Made by a program: the position numbers and the translations under genes. This document shows positions 13,094 to 25,723 of a stretch of 64,000 nucleotides of DNA, piece after piece (position 1 is the first letter of the stretch; each line of letters starts with the position of its first letter). Below the pieces are notes generated by a model. It was not told the DNA's origin. It did not search any database and saw only the letters and a program-made list of their open reading frames with translations. This DNA comes from Octopus sinensis (taxonomy: Eukaryota): contig NC_043010.1 of the NCBI RefSeq assembly GCF_006345805.1, positions 9,362,001 through 9,426,000 on the forward strand. Direction: 5' to 3'.

Positions 13094-13313
13094 TCCATAA
13101 AAGTGCTAGTTATGACCGTAGTGCAGAATAAAGAAGATGGCTGCTGTGGGAAAACTAAAGTAAGTAAATTGGAAATGATAAAAACAAAGTAAGTAAGCAA
13201 TATCAGAAACAGGTACACAATCAAGTGGATGTGGTGTTTCCCAGTCCTATAACTGGTGCTTTACAAAGTGTTTACATTTCTTAAAATTCTCTGATCTAGT
13301 GTTTAAGTAGAGA
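13094..13313. repeat. 220-bp direct duplication, copy 2
   Basis: See copy 1. Confidence 0.92.
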
Positions 13314-14078
13314 TTTTGTTATGAGGGTTCTCTGCTATGCACAACTAACACTCCAGTTATTTGCTAAAATCGTGTGGGGTCTGGGTCTAATGCCCATATT
13401 TAAGACAAATTAAGGAATGACATCATCCACACTAAGTGCATTCATTCTTAAATAACTAGTTTTTGACTTCCATGTTGTTATAGTAGATTTTACTAACAGC
13501 TTACATAAATCTTATAATGAACTAAAGGAAAACTTATATCAATGTAGGATCATTTAGCTCCCATTATGGAATATCCTGTACAACAAAAAAAAAAAAGTTT
13601 CTTTAATCTTTTCTTCAAGAAAGAGCTATTTCGGGAAATATTTATTACAATTAAGCCTCACTTGCTAGCAAATTCAAAGACAAAACTACCTACTTATCTT
13701 ACTCTCTACCCAACAAATAAAGAGGCACTGCAATATCAAATGTTTCACACACCTCTCTACATTCAATTTTTAGAATTTAATGTAGAATGAGAAATTCTTA
13801 ATTCTAATTCACGAACTTGCCCCCCTGACATATAAATTATTTCAACAACCATAATCTTAAAATTGACTACTAATTCATTACAAACATGATAAAATATAAT
13901 ACTGCACCAAAGCTCATTCAAAAAAACTAATTCTGAACTATTGTTGGAAAGGTCCAAACACAGGATGTACCTGGTGAAAGGTTGGGTACCCAGTTATGAT
14001 TTCAGCTAAATAAATAAATTGCTTACATTCCACACCCAGCACACACACACACACACACACATACACACACTTTAGTGA

Positions 14079-14289
14079 TACTCTTTTACTCTTTTACTTG
14101 TTTCAGTCATTTGACTGCGGCCATGCTGGAGCACCGCCTTTAGTCGATCAAATCAACCCCGAAACTTATTCTTTGTAAGCCCAGTACTTATTCTATCGGT
14201 CTCTTTTGCCGAACCGCTAAGTGACGGGGATGTAAACACACCAGCATCGGTTGTCAAGCAATGATAGGGGGACAAACACAGACACACAA

Positions 14290-14322
<33 letters not shown>

Positions 14323-14482
14323 CGACAGGCTTCTTTCAGTTTCCGTCTACCAAATCCACTCACAAGGCATTGGTCGGCCCGGGGCTATAGCAGAAGACAC
14401 TTGCCCAAGATGCCACGCAGTGGGACTGAACCCACAACCATGAGGTTGGTTAGCAAGCTACTTACCACACGGCCACTCCTGC
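14079..14482 (-). mobile_element. SINE family A
   Basis: Full-length reverse copy. Confidence 0.9.
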
Positions 14483-14809
14483 GATGTTTATATTTTTGCA
14501 TTTAGATTGTAAAATTACGAATCAGCCACCCATATTATTTATAACTTTCACTTTTACCATTTTTGAAATCAGTGTATGATCTAAACAAATCTTATAAGCT
14601 GAAAGCTGAGATGAGTTTAACCCTAGGCACAGTGAGAGCCACTATGTGTGCTAAGATGCATTAAGTATCATAGCATGAAATCATTGATTATCTCACTGTA
14701 TCTGTGACCATAGGGAGGTTGTCTCCCTTGTCAACTCATTAAGATAGTGGTTTTGTTGGCCATTGAGTTGTTTTGATGCTTATTTCTAGTAATATATATA
14801 TATATATTC

Positions 14810-14845
14810 CTTTCTGTGGAAGAGCGTAGGCTCGAAACGTTAAAG
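14810..14845 (+). ncRNA. Minimal hammerhead-like motif in a (TA)n-flanked cassette (14806-14940)
   Basis: cttt CTGTGGA a gagc gtag gctc GAAAC GTT aaag. Helix I cttt/aaag, helix II gagc/gctc, palindrome AACGTT; core position 6 is U instead of A. Confidence 0.5.
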
Positions 14846-15274
14846 ACTTTTTCACTTCCCGAGCGTTATACTAATACATCTGTTTGTTGTCTACACCATC
14901 TGTCTTTGTCTTTCGATTTTTTTTGTGAATTCTCCCTATATATATATATATATATATATATAAAGAGAGAGAGATAGAGAGAGATAGAGGGAGAGAGAGA
15001 GAGAGAGAGAGTGAGAGAGAGAGAGAGAGAGAGAGAAAGAATCAAAGTTTTTTCCGAACCATATGCTCTGAGGGTTGGCTTCATAGATTCTGAGTCATAT
15101 ATATTCCTCTGATGGACAGGTTACTGGTCAGTTACAGGATTATTAATTTTTGTTAGCTGACCAGACTGGAGCAATATGAAATGAAATGTTTTGTTCAAGA
15201 ACACAACACACCACTTGGTTCCGGAATCAAACCACAACACTCTAACCATTAAGCCATGTGCCTTTGCCTCCCAC

Positions 15275-15344
<70 letters not shown>

Positions 15345-15349
<5 letters not shown>

Positions 15350-15985
15350 ATCCTTGTGGCTATGGCGAAAGAATGTATCTGGTGGATGCATCTGAAAGGA
15401 TTGGAGACAAACACTTTCCTCTCTGGTCAACCTCTCATCAACTTCTTCAAGTACCACTTGAAAAGGAAAGTGAGAGTAGAGAGGCAAGTTTTGTCTAGCG
15501 AATGTTTTAAAAAAAGATGGGTGAATGTAGCAAGGATGGCACGTATGAATGACGAAGCCACCTTGAGCATAATCCTATGAACCCAGAAATTGAAAACAGA
15601 GGGTTACCCACTTGCAAACAAATGTGGTAACATATAACAATATTGACCGAGGTTACCGTGGTCTTTTTCGTAGGCTTTTCTTCCCACAGATAAACCTTAT
15701 CTGCTTTCTCCTTTAAACCATACATCATGACACTGTGATACACGATCCCTATTGATCGCTTTTTTCCCTCATTTTTCTTCTTTTTTCATTTTTCTTTTCT
15801 TTTGTTCCTTTTCCTTTTTTCTTTTTTTCTTTTTTTTTCCTTTTACGATCCCTTTTGATTGAAAACCTACGCCACTTTTGTTTCTTTTGTTTTTTGTTTT
15901 TTGTTTTTTCATCCCCCAAAAGAAAAGCTCTACCTTGTAATTTGTCACATCTGTGTGCAGCCCTGTGTGGCCAATAAAGAAACTT
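15345..15985 (+). mobile_element. 5'-truncated L1/Tx1-like LINE 3' end embedded in (TATC)n
   Basis: ILVAMAKECIWWMHLKG...FFKYHLKRKVRVERQVLSSECFKKRW matches the AKxxIW...FxxRW ORF2 C-terminus; T-rich 3' UTR ending aataaagaaac; TATC repeats on both sides. Confidence 0.55.
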
Positions 15986-16050
15986 ATCTATCGATCTATC
16001 TATCTAAACATAATATCTAACCCACATCTATATTTATGAAATGCACACAT

Positions 16051-16390
16051 AGGCACAGGCATGGCTGTGTGGTAAGAAGCTTGCTTCTCAACCACATGGC
16101 TCTGGGTTCACTCCCAATGCTTGTCACCTTGGGCAAGTGCCTTCTACTATATATATGTATGTGTGTATATATATATATATATGTGTGTGTGTGTATATAT
16201 ATATGTTTGTAGATCTGTGTTTGACCCCACCACCATTGCTTGACAACCGATGTTAGTGTGTTTATTTCCCTGTAACTAAGCAGTTCAGCAAAAGAGACTG
16301 ATAGAATATGTACTAGGCTTACAAAGAATAAGTCCTGGGGTAGATTTGTTCTACAGTTAAATGAGTGAAACAAGTACAACAGTAAAAGAG
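16051..16390 (+). mobile_element. SINE family A, diverged
   Basis: Head and tail motifs recognisable. Confidence 0.75.
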
Positions 16391-16814
16391 TATATATACA
16401 TACACACATAGTGAAGCACACACATATATATACATATGTATACCTACATACAGACACGTCATATAAAACATATTTAATGCAGTGAAACTTGCAGTGAAGA
16501 ATATTATATTGAGCAATTCCTTATTTTTTATAGTTATTTAAAGACAACTTTTTTTTTTTGGTATTGATGTTGTTGCTGCAGCTGCTGTTGTTGTTGTTGC
16601 TGTTGCTGTTGTTGTTGCTGTTGCTGTTGTTGTTGCTGTTGCTGTTGTTGTTGTTGTTGTTGCTGCTGCTGCATGTCTTTCTTTTATGCATTTTCCTTTG
16701 CTTTTGATTTTAGGTTATGCAAGAATTTTCGGTTTCATTCTCAACTAAACTAACTTTTCAATTCTCTTTTGCCTTTCTCTCTCTTTCTTTCTGATTTTCT
16801 CCCCCACTCCATCA

Positions 16815-16818
16815 GTTA

Positions 16819-16886
<68 letters not shown>

Positions 16887-16896
16887 CATCTATCTA

Positions 16897-16958
<62 letters not shown>

Positions 16959-16971
16959 CATCTATCTATTC

Positions 16972-17005
<34 letters not shown>

Positions 17006-17057
17006 TTATCTATCTATATATATATATATATGTATAATATATTTATATCTATATCTA

Positions 17058-17099
<42 letters not shown>

Positions 17100-17100
17100 G
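16815..17100. repeat. (TATC)n microsatellite
   Basis: Direct reading. Confidence 0.97.
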
Positions 17101-17407
17101 CTTTCTATTTCTCAGTCACATACCCCCTCTCTCTCTCTCTCTCTTTCTCTCTTTCTCCCTCTCTGCTTCTCATTCAATCTATTTTCCGTCACCATTTCCC
17201 GCTTACCCCATTGTCATCTCTCACTCACACACTCTCACTTTCTTTCTCTCCCCCTCTCTTTGTCCTTATCTCTAAATTACTCTCTCCTTATCTCTAATTT
17301 ACTCTGACTGTCTGTTCAAACTTGATTTATTGATATGAAAGTAGAATAGATGTTCAAGTGAGTTTTCCAGATGCTGCAACAACAAAATGAAATCAGCGCT
17401 CTTTCAT

Positions 17408-17446
<39 letters not shown>

Positions 17447-19241
17447 CACACACACACACACACACACACACCACACACATTCAGCCCTCTATCTTTAATA
17501 AAAAAAAAAGATCGTGATTGTCTTGTCATCTCTTCACACATTTTGCATTCTAGAACCACATGTCCACCATCTTCTTCTATCTTTCCTTTCCACATCTTTC
17601 GACATTATAATTTTAGCAATGAATAAAGCTATAAATTTAATCCAGCATCAGAGAAACAAATTAATTAAAACTTAATTAAATACATCATGAAGACATGGTG
17701 ATTTAATGAAGGCATGGTGATTGTAAGGTCTTGAGTTCAATTCTTGGACTGGTCTACACTTGGAGCCTTGAGCAAAACTCTTCATTTCATTTTGCTACAT
17801 GCTACTCAGCTGTAAATCAATAGAAACCAATTGTTGGTGCAGCCCTCTTCATCTGTCTATCGTGCATCCTGGATATTCTGCTAGGTCAAGGATGAGAGAG
17901 CCAAGAGGGTATCTGTGTCAGGTGAGGATCACACAAGTGTCCAAAGCAATTGCTGAAAGCATGGGACATATTACCATATTCACAAAGGATGGTTGGCTGA
18001 ACTACTTTAATTTTATCTTTCTTCATTTTTCTTTTACTTGCTTTAGTCATTGGATTGTGGCCATGCTGGAGTGCCACCTTGAAGGGTTTAGCTGGACAAA
18101 TTTACCCCATTACTTATTTTTAAGTTTTGTACTTATTCTATCATTCTCTTTTTGTTGAACTGCTAGGTCACCAGGCCATAAACAAACCAACACCAGATGT
18201 CAAGCAGTGGTGGGAGCAAACAAAGACACACACACAGACATACATATATATGTACAAATACATGTGAATGTGTGTGTATGTGCATACACACACATACACA
18301 CACACATATACATACATGCATATATACATACATATATAAGCACATATATATCATGAACTAGCTGTTACTTTCTCAGATGCAGCATGAAGTTTTGTTAGTG
18401 AACAGGTTGCGGTTTCAAAGTGATGAAAATATTTTGACACAAATTAAATTTAAATGCTGAAGTGAAACAAATGGTTTTTTTGTGTGTTCTTAAATAGTTT
18501 ATAAACATCTTTGATGCTGTAATTGTTATGCATATATACATACATACTGTTCCGTAGTGATAAAATCAACAAAAATAATATTCCATCTGGTGAAAGATAA
18601 ATATTATTTAATAAACACAATATATGTTTTTATGTGGTACTATTAGTCTCATGTGCTGAGAGCATGCCAGATTGTATTTTTTAACACATCTGGTATCCTA
18701 ACACAATCATCATTCATTAAAACATATTGTGTTTATATATATATATATATATATATATGATGAGCTTCCACATATTTTCCATCTACCAAATTCACTTCAA
18801 GACATAGATCAACATGGGGGCTATATTAGAAGACATATGCCCAAGCTGCAGCATACTGGGACTAAAGTAGAAACAATGTGTATACAAAGTCTACTCTTCA
18901 AACACGCTGCCATGTCAGGCACCTACAGCATCGTTTTAGAATTTTAATACAATCTTGCCATGACTAGAGAAAGAGAGAGTGCAGTTTTAGTGACTTCAAC
19001 TTACATTAAGATTTTCTTAGCAACCGCTTATCCTTTTATAACTATCCACAATATATTAATAGCTTTAAGGCAGCGAACAGACAGAATTGTTAGCATGACG
19101 GGCAAAATGCTTAGCAGCATTTCATCCCTCTTTGTGGTTTCGTCCTTTCAGAATTGATAAAATAAGTACCAGTAAGTAAACGACTTACCCCATCCCCTAA
19201 ATTGCTGACTTAGTGCCAGGATTTAAAACTTATATATTAAA

Positions 19242-19463
19242 GGCAGCGAGCTGGCAGAAACGTTAGCACGCCGGGCAAAATGCTTTGCGGTATTTCGTCT
19301 GCTGTTACATTCTGGGTTCAAATTCTGCCGAGGTCGACTTTGCCTTTCAGCCTTTTGGGGTCGATTAAATAAGTACCAGTTATACACTAGGGTCGATGTA
19401 ATCGACTTAATCCTTCTGTCTGTCCACCTCTATGTTTAGCTCCTTGTGGGTAGTAAAGAAATA
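19242..19463 (+). mobile_element. SINE family B with possible atatattaa TSD
   Basis: Full copy; atatattaa at 19232-19240 and 19461-19469. Confidence 0.85.
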
Positions 19464-20053
19464 TATTAATGGTGTTATTAAGCTGGATACAATCATTTAA
19501 ATAACCGCAAAATTCTTGGCAGCTACTTTGATCAATAAATTACTGATGCTTGGTTCACTTCTAAAGCTAAAATATCATCGCCATTGTCATCAACGACATC
19601 AATGTGACATCTAGTTTTCTATGCTTGCATGGGTCAGATGGATTTCACTGAGGTAAATTTTTCTGTTGCTTGATGTTCTTCACCAACACTCATCTTTTTC
19701 CAAGCAAGGTTAATATTTACTCATGGCTGGACATGTTTATTCAGGAGATCAGAAATAAATGACAGTACTAATATGATGTTAATGCTTGTTTTACAACTAT
19801 TGAGCTGGCTAAGATTAGGAGACACTTACACAAATGCACATCGACATACATACACATGCATGGACACGGACACACATATGCATGTGCATGTGCACACACA
19901 CTCACACAGAGCCACCACCACTTTCCCCATTCACTTCCACTCACTTCATATCTTGAAGGCTCCTGACAACTCATCACCACTGTTTTTGTCTCTTTCCAGT
20001 TCCACCTGATCACCCCCCCTCCATTCTCTCTTCTGAAATGTGAGTAGTCATGA

Positions 20054-20396
20054 GGCCAGAAGAAACTCTACAAGGACTCCCTGAAAACGAACCTCAAAAA
20101 GTGTGACATCGACTTCACTAACTGGGAGGAAACGGCAAAAAACAGACCACTCTGGAAAACCACCATCCATGAGGGAACGGCGACTTTCGAGTCGAAAAGG
20201 TCTGCAGAACTGGAGGAGAAAAGACGACGACGGAAGGAGCGCCAACAACAACCACGTGTGACTCTCCCTTCCGGCACTAGATGTCTGCACTGCGACCGAT
20301 CTTTTCAAGCAAGAATTGGTCTTATCAGTCACCTACGGACTCACCAGTAAATTTGCGCGAAGACCATCATCCTCGACCTTGAGGGATTGCCATCAG
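20054..20396 (+). mobile_element. 5'-truncated RTE (BovB-like) LINE 3' end with an uninterrupted reading frame
   Basis: 20054-20350 is 98 stop-free codons plus stop: GQKKLYKDSLKTNLKKCDID...W...CLHCDRSFQARIGLISHLRTHQ*. CpG-rich, followed by a short 3' UTR. Confidence 0.85.
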
Positions 20397-22402
20397 TCAT
20401 GAAGTTTATCTACGGCAAGAAACCCATTCTGTTCTGGTTCCTTCTCTCAAACTTTAAACCCCACATTCTAAAGCACAAAGCTGCATCCCTCTCTGTCTGT
20501 AACCCCACTTAGTCGAAGAGGGTCTCAGTTTCATAGGCTACATGGTCATCTGACTAGGGCTGGTGCCATGAAAAACACAACTAATACATACTGCAAAGGA
20601 CTGGCTTTAATAAGGCCATCGGAGTACAATGCTGTCTTTGAACTTGTTGGATTTTGTCAAACTATCCATCTCATCCCAGTATGGAACATGAATGCTAAAC
20701 GATCATGATGATGATATTTCTGTGTGTGTATCTCTCTCCCTCACTCTTTGCATGCATACACACAACATGCACACATGCACATATGCACACAACATGCACA
20801 CATGCACACACTCCACACACAGAAGCACATTATTCACACACACAGACATACTACACGCACATACACATACACATACAAACATCACACACACATATACACA
20901 CATACAAACACCATACACACACACACAAACACACCACATACACACACACATGCATGCACAAACACATGCACACAAACATACCACACATACACATACACAC
21001 ACAAACATGCCACACACACATACACACAAACAAACGCCATACACACACATACAAACTCACCACACACACACACCGCATATACACACATGCATGCACAAAC
21101 ACACGCACACAAACATACCACACATACGCACACACACACACAAGTATGCCACACTGAGATATACGCACACACAGAAACACACCACACACATACACACTAA
21201 CAAACACCACGCAGACACACACACTCACACACACACATACACACACACACGTGCACATATATTGGAAATCTAGTTATTTTGTGAATGTCAACAGAAAAGC
21301 TTTGTGGTATACATGACTGCATCTGTTGCAAGAATTGTTCAGTGAAGCACAAAGTGATTTGACTGACCGGTTTATAGAATCAATAACATGTCTATGAATC
21401 AATAATGAAGCAATACTTTTGAAATAATTAGCATATCATAGTCTATATACTTTGTTTAGTACAGTAATTAACTATTAAGTCCATACAGCCTTATTGAAAA
21501 TTGCTGTCAATCAAGTTGTTGTTGTTTAACCCCGAGTCAATCTTGATTGAACAGGCTTATGTACAAAGACATTTTTGTGTATAACAAGGACTTTGCCAAG
21601 CGTAACCTTCTTTATATAAAATAAATATGAGTTATTTCTGCCACCCAAGTAGGCTTTGGAAGAATTTAAAGGATTTGAAAGATGGGTAACAAATGAAATA
21701 CTGAATGCTGAGAGAAATATTTATGTTGAAAAGAGAAAAGGTAGAAGAGAGAGAGATAGATGTCCAGTCCTTAGAACGCCCATGCTGGAAAGAAAGATGG
21801 TCACGTAAGGAAAAGAAAGATGGACGATGGTCACGTGTGAGCAGCGTGAGAGAGAAGAAAAGAAAGATGGGAGAAAGGGAGACAGGTAGAAAATGGTAAG
21901 AGAGAGAAAAAGGGAATTAGAGAGGATAGGGGAGAAAACAGTCCAGAGTAGAGTCGGATCAAAACGTTTAAGATAAATTTACTTGGAAATGGATGTGTGG
22001 CAATCAATTAAATAATAATATAAATAATATATATATATATGTATGTATATGTGTGTATATATATATATATGTATGTATATATATGTATATGTATATGTAT
22101 ATATATATGTATGTATATATATGTGTGTGTGTGTGTGTGTTTGTGTTTGTGTAGATTGTTGGTGATTTTTCCCTATTTTTCCTTCTTCCTCTTTGGACTT
22201 TCCTCTTCCAGACAAGGAGCTATGCTCAAAACATTAACAACTCTCTCCTTTCACCAAGCATTAAATAAATATATTGGTTGTGCACATCCTCACCTTAGTT
22301 TTTCTCACTTTTTCTCTGTTTTATTTACTGCTTGTTCTCTGAATTGACTATACATATATATGCATATACATACTTAAAAATATATATATACTTTCACTGC
22401 AG

Positions 22403-22442
<40 letters not shown>

Positions 22443-22446
<4 letters not shown>

Positions 22447-22655
22447 TATAATTTAGGGTATCTAAGAGATACCATCACGCTGGAAATAGCAGTTAGAACT
22501 TGACACTAAAACCGCATTAAATGTACTTGCTAGTTTATTTTGTCTCTTTGTCTTCTCTCCTAGTGCAATATGAACATTTAATGTAGTTCTAGAGTCAAGT
22601 TCTTACTGCTATTTCCAGTGTAGTGGTATCTCTTAGATACCCTAAATTATAATTT
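22443..22655. mobile_element. TA-flanked MITE with about 85-bp inverted arms
   Basis: aaattataatttagggtatctaagagatacca... / ...tggtatctcttagataccctaaattataattt. Confidence 0.8.
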
Positions 22656-22761
22656 TAAATAATTATTACCTGTGAAAGGTTTTTATTCCCATGCTGGCCA
22701 CCTGATAAGATTGGTATTTAAATATCGATCTTATCCTTATTTATATATATATGTATATATC

Positions 22762-23053
22762 ACTGTGATCACCGTGACCGACCAGGCTATCAGATGTTGC
22801 TACACATCGCTGGTCACAATGCGCTTTGCATTGTTTTCTAGCCTTCAAATGCCACCCCGCTGGCTAAGCGAGCAGGCCAACAGAAGAAAGAGTGAGAGAA
22901 AGTTGTGGCGAAAGAGTACAGCAGGGATCGCCACCACCCTCTGCCGGAACCTCGTGGAGCTTTAGGTGTTTTCGCTCAATGAACACTCACAATGCCCAGT
23001 CTGGGAATCGAAACCGCGATCCTACGACCGCGAGTCCGCTGCCCTAACCACTG
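22762..23053 (-). mobile_element. tRNA(Arg)-like SINE family D ((GTGATCAC)n tail)
   Basis: CAGTGGTTAGGGCAGCGGACTCGCGGTCGTAGGATCGCGGTTTCGATTCC on minus; TCG anticodon-like loop. Confidence 0.85.
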
Positions 23054-23378
23054 GAACTGAACTAGAGACAATGCAGCTACAAAGTCAGCTTAACTACATA
23101 ACCATAACCAAGCCTGCAGAAATATAATCTAATATTTTGGGAAGCCTTAACTCTAATATCTTAATTCCATAATCCATTTAATAAATTTTTGAATCGTAAA
23201 TATTCACCATCATAGATTAGTTTTTTGAATATTATATCTATAATTTTAATCAAAATATATGTGATTTTCTTCAGTCAGGTACCTCCTGATTGCTAATGGT
23301 AACATGTAATCCAGTACAGCACAATATTTTGCATGGTTTGGTTATCACCAGCTAAACAAACTGTCCTATGAATCTTAC

Positions 23379-23423
23379 CTTGTGAGGTTGGTTGCTAAAA
23401 TCTTTGCAGGACAAAGTCATAAC
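23379..23423 (-). CDS. Candidate 45-nt symmetric microexon (VMTLSCKDFSNQPHK)
   Basis: ccatcctaccttttgacag| acceptor and AAG|GTAAGA donor; only phase 0 is stop-free. Confidence 0.35.
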
Positions 23424-23484
23424 CTGTCAAAAGGTAGGATGGACCCAATTTAGGGTGGAATATCTATGTAGTAATAAGACATAA

Positions 23485-23735
23485 GTGGAGGTGCGTGGCT
23501 TAGTGGTTAAGGTGTCAGCATCATGATCGTAAGATTGTGGTTTTGATTCCTAGACCGGGCAATGCGTTGTGTTCTTGAGCAAAACATTTCATTTCGTGTT
23601 GCTCCAGTCCACTCAGCTGGCAAAAATGAGTAACACTGTGATGGACTGGCATCCCGTCCAGCTGGGGAAGACATACGCCATTGAAACCAGGAAACTGGAT
23701 CCATGAGCCTGGCTAGGCTTTAAAAGGGCGCATTT
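23485..23735 (+). mobile_element. tRNA-derived SINE family E
   Basis: GTGGCTTAGTGGTTAAGG...GATTCC...TTCTTGAGCAAAACA...CTCCAGTCCACTCAGCTGG. Related copies near 4752-4975, 23760, 25910-26360, 33320 and 45400-45625 (minus). Confidence 0.8.
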
Positions 23736-25490
23736 ATGTTTTAATATGACATAAAGGTGCAAGGCTCAGTGGTTAGATTGCTGAGCATGCAATTGTGAGG
23801 TTGTGAGTTTGATTCCTGGACTGGGCTGTATGTTGTGTTCTGAACAAGACACTTTACTTCATGTTGCTCCAGTATGCTCAGCTGTAGAAATGAGTTGCAA
23901 TGTCACTGGTTCCAAAGTGTATCAGCCTTTGCCTTTACCTTGTACAACAAAAGTGGTGCAGAGAAGCGTGACTGGTATGCATGAGCGACTGCTGGTCTTC
24001 TACAAACAACCTTGCCCAGACTTGTGCATTGAAGGTGAACTTTCATCAAGGTGCAATTTCATGGTCATTTGTGACTGAAGGAAGTTTTTAACCCTGATAG
24101 CACAAGAAGTTAGAAATTCTATATTAGAGTCCAGTGTGCTGTATGACCACTGAGAGTGAGGCATCCATTACGTTTTGCTAAAGCAGGTCCAAGAAAAAGC
24201 AATACTGTGTCTGTAGATATACTGGCAGCATAACTGGGAGGGTGGTTTCAGTTTGGCAGCTTAAACCCTCGTTACCTGTGAATACTTTCGAACAGGCTAA
24301 GGCTAAAGGAGTCAACCCCAACAGTAAATCAGGTTGGAAGAGACCTCAGGGCTCATCAAACCTATTTATCTCAAAAAGGAGCTTGAAGACACAACAACAA
24401 ATGGCTGTCTAAGGCCTCTGACCCTAAGACATGAAGGTGGGAACATGAATATTCATACCACGTATGTTGCTTCTGTTTTTTTTTTTTTTACAATTATTAA
24501 ATGTATAAGCAGTTCTTATTTTGGTGTAATTAGAAAAATATAAAGAGAAGAACATAGATGATCGGACTGATTGTGAAGAAGTCACATGTACTAAAAAAAG
24601 GAAAAGAAAAAAAAAATAAATGCCCAAAATGAAACAAAGTGAAATATTGTGGAGTGCTCAGTGAAACATTATTGATTTCTTTAAGATGAATGAAGTTGCT
24701 TAATGTTTATAATGTTTATCTTACTAATTTTATTACTTTGTCTGTCGTCGTCATCCTCTTCATCATCATTCTAGTGTCCGTCTTCATTATCATTTATTAT
24801 CATCATTGTTGTGGTCATAGCTGTCATTCCACCAGCATCACAACCACGACCACCACCACCAACAACATCACCTTCATGACCACCAATAATTCATCTTCAT
24901 TTTCGAATATAATTTACTTTTTTGAATATATTCCGAAGGGTAATTAAAAAGTAACAAAATCTATAATATGGATTATTTCAAACTACGAGATAAACAATAA
25001 ATATAAATAAATAAAAAAATGGTTAAATAACAACTTCCTGTTATTGATGAATTCTTACATAGCAATAATGGTTTAGACATAAACAGAACTGTACTGCAAA
25101 AAGGTAGTTTCCTTTTCTGTTTTATTATGACTTTACCAAAGAGTACGACTGAGAAGTGGGAATTGGAACAGAACAACAGTTTAGGTTCATTACATTTACT
25201 CTTCAGGTGCACTGCTTTTTCAGATTCCCATGACTCTCTCTCACCATTCAGTTCCATTGTTATGAATTTGAATTGGGAGCTTGTGTCATAGAGAATCTCT
25301 CATCAGCTGATTACACAACTATAGATGCTGCTCTTGTAGACATGTTGCAGTTATTCTCTTGATAAAGACTGATGATCCTGACGGTTGATCTTCTAGGGTT
25401 CCTTCAACTCAGCATCAATGTACGAAGCACCAATGGCTCAGTTGAGCTCTTCCACTACCTCTTCAAAATCTGCCATACTGCAGTCCCATA

Positions 25491-25723
25491 TATTTCTTTA
25501 TTAGCCACAAGGGGATAAACACAGAGGGGACAAACAAAGACAGACAAACGGATTAAGTCGATTACATCGACCCCCAGTGTGTAACTGGTACTTAATTTAT
25601 CGACCCCGAAAGGATGAAAGGCAAGGTCGACCTTGGGGGAATTTGAACTCAGAACACAGTGGCAGATGAAATACCGCAAAGCATTTCACCCGGCGTGCTA
25701 ACGTTTCTGCCAGCTCGCCGCTG
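25491..25723 (-). mobile_element. SINE family B with 8-bp TSD
   Basis: gtcccata at 25483-25490 and 25724-25731. Confidence 0.9.

Noticed and set aside
16564-16675. In-frame CAG/CAA poly-Q run with an ATG on minus
   Set aside because: Short, with no flanking domain or supported splice sites; consistent with a trinucleotide microsatellite.
22990-23055. tRNA-Arg-like sequence (also 55690-55752)
   Set aside because: Head of a multicopy SINE; no acceptor-stem 3' strand, so not a tRNA gene.
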